Assembly (NCBI RefSeq): GCF_006345805.1
Contig: NW_021824367.1
Coordinates: 1-18,956 of the forward strand
Length of the DNA: 18,956 nucleotides
Reading direction: 5' to 3'
Source of the DNA: Octopus sinensis
Taxonomy: Eukaryota
The notes beneath the pieces are model-generated. The model had not been told where the DNA came from and did no database searches. It saw only the letters and a list, made by a program, of their open reading frames with translations. The position numbers and the translations under genes are program-made. Of this stretch, positions 10,115-18,274 are shown one piece after another; position 1 is the first letter of the stretch, and every line of letters starts with the position of its first letter.

Positions 10115-10305
10115 CTTTTACCTTTCACTTGTTTCGGTCATTGGATTGCGGCCCCCGCTGGAGCAATATATTGATGGGTTTCGCATAAGTATTTTCTCTA
10201 TATTTGAAGTATGGTACTGATTCTATCGGTCTCTTCTTGCCGAGCCGCAAAGTTACTAGGACATAAACAAACAAATACCAGTTGTCAAACGGTGCTGAGC
10301 ATGTG
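10115..10305 (-). mobile_element. Degenerate 3' half of SINE family 3
   Basis: cacttgtttcggtcattggattgcggcc...tactgattctatcggtctcttcttgccgagccgc aligns with 4135-4290. Confidence 0.8.
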
Positions 10306-10309
10306 TGCA

Positions 10310-10768
10310 TATACATACCTTCATACATATACATACATACATGCATGCATGCATATATGCATACATGCATACATACATACATACATGCATACAATGCATA
10401 TATACATACATACATGCATACATACATACATATATGCATACATGCATACATACATGCATACATGCATACATGCATACATACATACATACATGCATACATA
10501 CATACATACATACATACATACATACATGCATACATACATACATACATGCATACATGCATACATACATACATACATGCATACATACATACATACATGCATA
10601 CATGCATACATACATGCATACAATGCATATATACATACATACATACATACATGCATACATACATACAATACATACATACATACACACACATATACATACA
10701 TGCATACATACATACATACGTACATACATACATACATACGTACATACATACATACATACATACATACA
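10310..10768. repeat. (TACA)n/(TGCA) tetranucleotide array
   Basis: Seen directly; explains ORFs 10125..10781, 10211..10879 and neighbours. Confidence 0.97.
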
Positions 10769-10999
10769 GGACGTCAAACATTAAGGCAAGGAAAAAGATT
10801 TACTCCCTTCCTCTATGCTGTCATCTTATTCATATATACCATTCTGATTTTCCATATTTTCTCCCCAATTTGCCTCTGATGACGGAATATCATATACACG
10901 GGGATATCCCAGAAACAGCCGTAAGAGTTTGAATTTCTTCCTATAATAATATTGTATATGACTCGAGATGTTTGCCTTGCCTCAATGTCTGACGTCCTG
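10767..10999 (+). mobile_element. Short element with 25-bp terminal inverted repeats carrying a hammerhead-like motif
   Basis: CAGGACGTCAAACATTAAGGCAAGG (10767-10791) vs the reverse complement of CCTTGCCTCAATGTCTGACGTCCTG (10975-10999): 23/25 identical. Confidence 0.7.
10872..10927 (+). ncRNA. Degenerate minimal type I hammerhead ribozyme motif
   Basis: CTGATGA (10876-82); stem II GGAATATC/GATATCC with a bulge; GAAA (10912-15); stem III AC-AGCC-GT; GTA triplet. Stem I keeps only 2 bp. Confidence 0.6.
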
Positions 11000-11182
11000 G
11001 TTAACAATTATATATCCGCTGCATCGGAACCCTGCAATGGCTCCATAACTACCGTCTCGGCTATAGTCTTGGAGCCCCAGTAATCCGTTACAGCACTTAC
11101 CTAGCGTACCTAATTGTTTAGATCACATGTGAACTGAACCCACATACTATGTATATATATTTGAGGTTATGAGAGGTAATGG

Positions 11183-11572
11183 AGGTGCAATGGCCCAGTG
11201 GTTAGGGCAGCGGACTCGCGGTCATAGGATCGCGGTTTCGATTCCCAGACCGGGCGTTGTGAGTGTTTATTGAGCGAAAACACCGAAAGCTCCACGAGGC
11301 TCCGGCAGGGGATGGTGGTGATCCCTGCTGTACGCTTTCACCACAACTTTCTCTCACTCTTACTTCCTGTTTCTGTTGTACGTGTATTTCAAAAGGGCCG
11401 GCCTTGTCACTCTCTGTGTCACGCTAAATATCCCCGAGAACTACGTTAAGGGTACACGTGTCTGTGGAGTGCTCAGCCACTTACACGTTAATTTCACGAG
11501 CAGGCTGTTTCGTTGATTCGGATCAACCGGAACCCTCGTCGTCGTAACCGACGGAGTGCTTCCATGACATCC
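11183..11572 (+). mobile_element. Full-length SINE family 1 (alternative 3' tail) with a perfect 14-bp TSD
   Basis: A box TGGCCCAGTGG, B box GGTTTCGATTCCC. TSD ATGAGAGGTAATGG at 11169-11182 and 11573-11586. Confidence 0.95.
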
Positions 11573-11766
11573 ATGAGAGGTAATGGTGTCAAGAAGACCC
11601 AAAGCGGTCAGGTAATGGTGAGTATAGTTAAGCTCCAGGTTCGGTGAGTATGCGAATGAGGAGACCAACGCAGATCATATATTAGCATAGATATATATAT
11701 ATAAAAAATTAACAGAATGAGATAAAAATCCAAGGCTGTGGAAGATTTCAGGACATTTATAAATAG

Positions 11767-11814
11767 GCCTTACAGCTGTTTCCGGGATATTTTATATATC
11801 CCTTCATCGGAGAC
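11767..11814 (-). ncRNA. Minimal type I hammerhead-like motif (variant core)
   Basis: Minus strand: GTCT-CCGATGA-A-GGGATAT-ataaa-ATATCCC-G-GAAA-C-AGCT-GTA-AGGC. Stem I is GTCT/AGGC with one G-U pair. Confidence 0.7.
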
Positions 11815-12132
11815 GGTGCGAGAAAACGGTTAAGCAATATTCTAGAGAACATATGATATAGAGAGTGAAGTGAGGAATGGAAACAGTTACTTCAAAGAAA
11901 CTCTCGATCCAATAACACGTTTTACAAACTCTATGCTTGGAATGACCAATTTTAAAAACTATTAGAACTTATACACAAGGTACAGGAAACTTATATGTAT
12001 ACCATTCTGCTTAAATAATGAAACTGCAGATACAATATCCCTGCATATCTCACGTCTGTTTTCATTCCTCCACTTCACTCTCTATTTCATATCTTCTCTA
12101 GAATAACTATTGCTTAACCATTTTCTCACATC

Positions 12133-12180
12133 GTTTCCGATGAAGGGATATATAAAATATCCCAGAAACAGCTGTAAGAC
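12133..12180 (+). ncRNA. Minimal type I hammerhead-like motif (variant core)
   Basis: GTTT-CCGATGA-A-GGGATAT-ataaa-ATATCCC-A-GAAA-C-AGCT-GTA-AGAC. Stem I is GTTT/AGAC with one G-U pair; stem III is palindromic (ACAGCTGT). Confidence 0.7.
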
Positions 12181-12256
12181 CTTCTATCTATAAATGTTCT
12201 AAAATCTTTCACAGCCTTGGATTTTATCTCATTCTGTTAATTTATATATATATATA

Positions 12257-12676
12257 GGCGCAGGAGTAGCTGTGTGGTAAGTAGCTTGCTAACCAACCAC
12301 ATGGTTCCGGGTTCAGTCCCACTGCGTGGCATCTTGGGCAAGTGTCTTCTGCTATAGCCCCGGGCCGACCAATGCCTTGTGAGTGGATTTGGTAGACGGA
12401 AACTGAAAGAAGCCTGTCGTATATATGTATATATATATAAGTGTGTGTGTGTATATGTTTGTGTGCCTGTGTTTGTCCCCCCAGCATTGCTTGACAACCG
12501 ATGCTGGTGTGTTTACGTCCCCGTCACTTAGCGGTTCGGCAAAAGAGACCGATAGAATAAATACTGGGCTTACAAAGAATAAGTCCCGGGGTCGATTTGC
12601 TCGACGAAAGGCGGTGCTCCAGCATGGCCACAGTCAAATGACTGAAACAAGTAAAAGAGTAAAAGAGTAAAAGAGT
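12257..12676 (+). mobile_element. Full-length SINE family 3 copy inserted in (TA)n
   Basis: GGCGCAGGAGTAGCTGTGTGGTAAG head, CATCTTGGGCAAGTGTCTT core, (AAAAGAGT)n tail; (TA)n on both sides. Confidence 0.95.
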
Positions 12677-12898
12677 ATATATATATATATATATTATTTT
12701 TTTTTTTTTTCAATGGGATTCTTTCAGTTTCTGTCCGCCGAATCCACTGAGAAAGCTTTGGGCAGACCGAAGCTATATTAAAAGATATTTACGTCGCCCT
12801 TCCACAGTTTTCATCTTCTTGTCTCTGTGTGCTTCTTAATTTTCTTGCTCTTTCTCTCTGTCCCCTCTCTCTCTCTTTCGTACGTCTTCCCTTCTTTT

Positions 12899-12917
12899 GT
12901 CTATCTATCTATCTATA

Positions 12918-12970
<53 letters not shown>

Positions 12971-12979
12971 GTCTGCCTG

Positions 12980-13030
<51 letters not shown>

Positions 13031-13039
13031 GTCTGCCTG

Positions 13040-13091
<52 letters not shown>

Positions 13092-13151
13092 ACTATCAAT
13101 CTATCTATCTCTTTTTATCTCTATCTATCAATCTCTCTCTCTATCTATCAA

Positions 13152-13196
<45 letters not shown>

Positions 13197-13208
13197 TTAT
13201 CTATCTAT
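12899..13208. repeat. (TCTA)n array with a duplicated interruption (60-bp period)
   Basis: CTTTCTGTCTGCCTG interruption at ~12965 and ~13025. Confidence 0.95.
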
Positions 13209-13319
13209 GTCTTGCTTTCCATCTCTGCTTTTCTTCGTCTTGTATTACTTTTTGGTTCATTTCTACTTCTCATTCAATCTCTTTCTTCTTCCTCGCCGTT
13301 CTCCTCCTATTTCTGCCCA

Positions 13320-13515
13320 TCCTCCTCCTCTTCATCATCATCAAGAGAACCTTCTTTGGCTCATACGTTATACACGTTATATCTTTCTGTATCCTTTCCT
13401 TTTATCACTTCAATTTCATAACCATGATCCTCATCCTCATCATCCTCATCATCCTCATCATCGTCGTCGTCGTCCTCGTCATCATTGTCACAGTCGCCGT
13501 CATCATCATCATCAG
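13320..13515. repeat. (TCC)/(TCA)/(TCG) trinucleotide tract
   Basis: Seen directly. Confidence 0.85.
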
Positions 13516-13785
13516 CTTTACAAAGAATTCAAGTGACACCCTCCCCGTTGCCTTCGCCACCTTATTGTTATTTTCGATATGTGACCTCCCGCTTCTCACC
13601 AACTATTTCCTCTCCTCTACTCCTCGCATCACTTACCCCTATCCCTATACCTATCCCGCCCCACCGCGCCTCACCAGTTCCACCAGAAAATCTTAATTAA
13701 CATTTATGTTCGCTACACTGTAAACCCAAAGTTATTTGCCCTCACAGTTTATTGTTCAAAGACTATTTGCTACCCAAAAAAGTAA

Positions 13786-13786
13786 C

Positions 13787-13824
<38 letters not shown>

Positions 13825-13860
13825 CAACAATAATAATAACTAATAATAACAATAACAAAA

Positions 13861-13938
<78 letters not shown>

Positions 13939-13942
13939 AATA

Positions 13943-13979
<37 letters not shown>

Positions 13980-14018
13980 TAAAAATAAAAATAATAAAAA
14001 TAATAATAATAAAAATAA

Positions 14019-14065
<47 letters not shown>

Positions 14066-14082
14066 TAATAATAATAATAATG
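13786..14082. repeat. (TAA)/(CAA)/(TAG)/(TGATAA) compound array
   Basis: Seen directly. Confidence 0.95.
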
Positions 14083-14635
14083 TTCTCACAGAATTAACGG
14101 GAGCAAACTATAATAATAAAAGAAAATAAAAAGTAAAGATATAAATAGATAAATAAAAATCCTCAATTACATTTTATGTTCCATTGTTCAGAGTTTTGTT
14201 TTTGCTTTTTGCCTCTTTATTTTTTTTTTTTACCATTATTTTCCCCTTTAGCAAAGCTACCTTCCTTTTGACTAAATTTCTTTCTAGAGGTATTCCATTT
14301 TTACTCTTAGATATGTTTTGCGCACAGTTATATTCTGTGTGTTATGTTCATTTAGGCGGGTAGATTAACGCTGTGTAATTTCTTCCCTATTTTCGACGTG
14401 AGGATGGTTTAAGGGGACAATGTTTATCTGCTCAGTTTTAATTATTTTTTACTATTATTTTATGTTTTGTTGTATTCCTGATTTGGAATTTTTATTTGTT
14501 GCTTTATTTGTTATTAGATTTAAGAAAGTGAGATAAGATTTTGGTATTTTCGTCTTCATTTATTTGAAGTTCAGTTAAGACATTTGACATCTTTCTCCCT
14601 ATATATATATCCTGCTGACATTATGGGACCACGCT

Positions 14636-15088
14636 AGACAGCCAACTGGCAGAATGGTTAGCGTGCCGGGCGAAATGCTTAGCGGTGTTTCGTCTGCAGC
14701 TATGTCCTGAGTTCAAATTCCGCCGGGGTCGACTTTGCCTTTCATCCTGCCGGGGTCGATAAATTAAGTACCTATTTCTTTATTACCCACAAGGGGCTAA
14801 ACACAGAGGGGACAAACAAGGACGGACATAGTTATTAAGTCGATTATATCGACCCCAGTGCGTAACTGGTACTTATTTAATCGACCCCGAATGGATGAAA
14901 GGCAAAGTCGACCTCGGCGGAATTTGAACTCAGAACGTAACGACAGACGAAATGCGGCTACGCATTTCGCCCGGCGTGCCAACTTTTCTGCCAGCTCGCT
15001 GCCTTACGTTTCTGCCAGCTTGGGGTCGATGTAATCGACAAGTCCCCCCCCCAATTTCGGGCTTTGTGTTTATGGTAGAAAGGATATT
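14636..15088 (+). mobile_element. SINE family 2 (tail B) host copy split by an inverted family-2 insertion
   Basis: The host runs to AATTAAGTACC (14772) and resumes at TGGGGTCGATGTAATCGAC (15021), ending in tail B at ~15088. Confidence 0.85.
14771..15006 (-). mobile_element. Young full-length SINE family 2 copy (tail A) nested in opposite orientation
   Basis: Close reverse complement of 2461-2697. Confidence 0.9.
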
Positions 15089-15102
15089 ATGAGACTACGC
15101 TA

Positions 15103-15370
15103 GACAACCAGCTGGGAGAATTGTTAGCACGTCGGGCGAAATGCGTAGTCGTATTTCGTCTGCCGTTACGTTCTGAGTTCAAATTCCGCCGAGGTCGACT
15201 TCGCTTTGCATCCTTTCGGGGTCGATTATATAAGTACCAGTTACGCACTGGGGTCGATATAATCCATTTGTCTGTCCTTGCTTGTCCTCTCTGTGTTTAG
15301 CCCCTTGTGGGTAGTAAAGAAATAGGTAGTTCGCCTGCCTTTACGTTCTGAGTTCAAATTCTGCCGTGAT
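15103..15370 (+). mobile_element. SINE family 2 copy (tail A) followed by a partial second unit
   Basis: Same junction AAAGAAATAGGTA (15317-15328) as at 2688-2699. Confidence 0.9.
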
Positions 15371-15492
15371 CTCTTCAACGACTTTCTGTCTGTCGTGCCT
15401 CCCCATCTCTCCATCTTGTCCTGTCTTTCCCTTTTTGTCTTTCTGTGGTATTTATCGTATGTGACTTAAGATATAATTAAAGAAAATAACTT

Positions 15493-15771
15493 CGGTCGGA
15501 GGATCGCGGTTTCGATTCCCAAACTGGGCGTTGTGTGTATTTATTGAGCGAAAACACCTAAAGCTCCACGAGGCTTCGGCAGTGGGTGGTGGCGATCGCT
15601 GCTGTACTCTTTCGCCCCTACTTTCTCTCACTCTTTCTTCCTGTTTCTTGGGTAATGCTGCGATGGACTGGCGTCCCATCCAGCTAGTGGGAACACATAC
15701 ACCACAGAAACCGGGAAATCGGACCCATGAGCGTGGTTAGGCTTGAAAAAAGGGCCCAAAGAAAGAAAGAA
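15493..15771 (+). mobile_element. SINE family 1, V-like tail, A box missing
   Basis: GGATCGCGGTTTCGATTCCC ... CTGCGATGGACTGGCGTCCCATCCAG ... (AAAG)n tail. Confidence 0.9.
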
Positions 15772-15787
15772 TGGCTGAACGGTTTTA

Positions 15788-16642
15788 AATTTTTGCACAA
15801 AGCGAGGAGTTTCGAGGGAGGGGAAAAACCGATTACATCAGCCCCACTGCTCAACTGGTAATTATTTTATCAAGCTCGAAGTGACAAAAGGCAAAGTCGA
15901 CCTCAGTAGAATGTGAACGCAGAACATAAAGAAAGACGAAACGCCGGTATTTTCTACGTCGTAGTAACAATTCTGCCAGCTCTCCGTCTTATCAACAGGG
16001 CCAAATGCTAGCAACCTAGCAAAATCTTTCATGTCAGTGGTAACGATTACATGTTGTGTCTGAAACAGGAAGAACACTGCAGTGACAATGTTTTGATACA
16101 AATTTCGGCGAGGGGAAAAGCCAATGACAACGGCCCCAGTGCTCAACTGGTAATTATTTCATTGACCTCCGAAAGGATGAAAGGCAGAGTTGACCTCAGC
16201 GGAATTTCCACGCGGACGAAATGCCTTTAGGCATTTTGTCCGTCGTGCTAACGATTCTGCCACCTCTCCGCCTGATTAACAGGGGCCAATACTAGCAACC
16301 TATTTCTTTACTACCCACAAGGGGCTAAACATAGAGGGGACAAACAAGAACAGACAAACGGATTAAGTCGATTACATCGACCCCAGTGCATAACTTGTAC
16401 TTATTTAATCGACCCCGAAAGGATGAAAGGCAAAGTCGACCTCGGCGGAATTTGAACTCAGAACATAAAGACAGACGAAATACCGCTAAGCATTTCGCCC
16501 GTCATGCTAACGATTCTGCCAACCCTCCGCCCGATTAACAGGGGCCAATACTAGCAACCTAGCAACATCTTTCATGTCAGCTGTAGCGACTGCGTGTTGC
16601 TTTCGAGACGAAGAGACCAATGCAGTGACGATGTTTTGATAC
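15788..16642 (-). mobile_element. Three SINE family 2 copies (15788-15990 old, 16100-16273 old, 16298-16532 young tail A) sharing duplicated upstream flank
   Basis: Flank 15991-16099 is similar to 16533-16642; 16246-16301 vs 16505-16560 is 53/56 identical. Confidence 0.85.
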
Positions 16643-17165
16643 TAACCAGAAACAGTCACCCGATATCGTATACCCAGTGGAATTCTCGTATCAGTATTTT
16701 TGACAAGTCCCGATATAATGTGTTATCTCACCTGTCACCTGTTCTTTTTCTATATATTTTATTTCCCCGTTAAGAACTTCATACGCCTCTCTTATTCAAC
16801 CATTTTCTTGTTCTTCATCTTCGTCTTCGTTCCCATAATCATTATCCCTATTGTTATTATAGTCGAAGAAAAGTTACTCCTGGCTACTTATAAAATATCG
16901 TCGCTTTGATTCATCGCTCTTCTTCTAATTATTCGCCATGCTTGCAAACTTTTTCCTTGCCAACGTTATCAATTTTGCTGATATCGTATCCTGTTGAGAT
17001 ATGTGAATTTAATTGTATATACATATGTCTTTTGTCAGAAATTCTGTTACATCCAACTGTCCTTCTATCTAAAGAAAAAAGAATAGTCTTTCCCTCTCCG
17101 ATAATGTATGGTAAACATTTTATAATATATATCAAATAATATATGCGTAATACTCGTTATACAAT

Positions 17166-17167
<2 letters not shown>

Positions 17168-17228
<61 letters not shown>

Positions 17229-17246
17229 TATATATATATATATATA
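17168..17246. repeat. (TA)n microsatellite
   Basis: Seen directly. Confidence 0.97.
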
Positions 17247-17428
17247 GTGTAGGAAGAAATGGAGCTGAACGAAGATTTAACAAAATTCCTTTTTATTATT
17301 TTCTACATATGTTTCAAAGGCTGCAAAGTCCCTAATTCGGATTGAATAAGGAGTCCATTTTGCAGCCTTCTCTTCAGGAAAATCCAGGAACTTAATTCTC
17401 CAACAAAATGCACAGCAAGCTTTTCGAC
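17247..17428 (-). mobile_element. ~180-bp hammerhead-bearing element (Penelope-like pseudo-LTR remnant) between two (TA)n runs
   Basis: Contains the hammerhead below, followed closely by AATAAA on the minus strand. (TA)n at 17168-17246 and 17429-17450. Confidence 0.7.
17298..17383 (-). ncRNA. Type I hammerhead ribozyme with canonical core
   Basis: Minus strand: ATTTTC-CTGAAGA-GAAGGCTGCAAA...TTTGCAGCCTTT-GAAA-C-ATAT-GTA-GAAAAT. 6-bp stem I, 12-bp stem II closed by G-U, palindromic stem III ACATATGT. Confidence 0.85.
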
Positions 17429-17447
17429 ATATATATATATATATATA

Positions 17448-18238
17448 TATAAACGGCAGTTAGTCTGTCTCTGTCTGTGTGTCTGTCAGGTTGTACCCTC
17501 ACCCTGACCACGGCTTTCAACCGATTCTGATGAAACTTGACACACACATAGCCCAATGTCATAATTCAAAACTAACGCAGCGAAAATTTTGAAAAGTTCC
17601 CCCACTTCTGAAAAAAAAATCGATAAATTCGACATGGGTCAAGAATCTAAGCTTTTTATATGCAACACATTTTCTACAGACTGTCTAGGGGACGCAACTC
17701 GACCTTTTTAACTCTCGGAACACGTGGGGTAAGTATCCCAAAATGTATAAAAATGTACAAAAACGGCAAAAAAGCGGGCAGCAATGTGAGTGACAACAAC
17801 GAAAAAGTCAAAAGTGACCAAACTGAACAAACGAATGGAAAAGGTTTTTTGGTGAACACGACAAAAGCGGTTTATAATAAACCAAGAGTTTGCAAGTAGC
17901 GTCCGAGGACCCTTAGGGTACGTCAAAAATTAAGGTAAAACGTTTGGGGGGTGGTAGTTATAAAGAAAGTGTAAACAAAAAAGTATTCGAATAACTTGCG
18001 GCTGCAGCAGCTATTAGCAGAAGTGGCGGTGTTGGGGGTAAAGTCTCGAATGTAATTCTTCCTGGCAGGAATTGGTTGAGTTGAATATCGATAGCTGTTT
18101 GATAGTTATTTGGGAGTGAAGAGAGACATTGCAACTACACATACGCCTTCGTTCCCTAGAGGGAAAGGACTAGATTGGGTTAGTCGTTTCCTACTAGGGG
18201 CTCTTACATACCCGGGCAACGCCGGGCTATGCTGCTAG
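17448..18238 (+). mobile_element. Non-autonomous Helitron
   Basis: 3' hairpin CCCGG-GCAACG-CCGGG (18211-18226), then CTAG (18235-18238) followed by T. The 5' part has a (CTGT)-type microsatellite and CCGATTCTGATGAAACTTG, typical of DINE/HINE-like Helitron derivatives. The 5' TC is lost in (TA)n, so the start is approximate. Confidence 0.8.
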
Positions 18239-18274
18239 TATATATATATATATAGTTCAAATTTACAGAAAAAT

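Larger units (their letters stand above)
11706..12243. mobile_element. Penelope-like derived element with ~180-bp inverted arms (11706-11886 / 12056-12243), in (TA)n
   Basis: Arms are reverse-complementary along their length with scattered mismatches and small indels, and each carries a hammerhead-like motif. Unique ~170-bp centre; (TA)n on both sides. The PLE assignment is inferred from the hammerhead context. Confidence 0.75.

Noticed and set aside
7546-10932. Many 60-222 aa ORFs ([12 protein letters not shown] repeats)
   Set aside because: Translations of di- and tetranucleotide microsatellites that lack stop codons.
11184-11260. tRNA gene
   Set aside because: A and B boxes are present, but the acceptor and anticodon stems do not pair properly and the sequence continues into a SINE body with a TSD. 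The same holds for the other SINE heads.
12827-13696. 289-aa ORF
   Set aside because: Built from (TCTA)n and (TCA)n tracts; no domain-like sequence.
17527-17536. CTGATGAAAC as a fifth hammerhead
   Set aside because: There is no stem II between CTGATGA and GAAA; it is part of a common Helitron-derivative motif.
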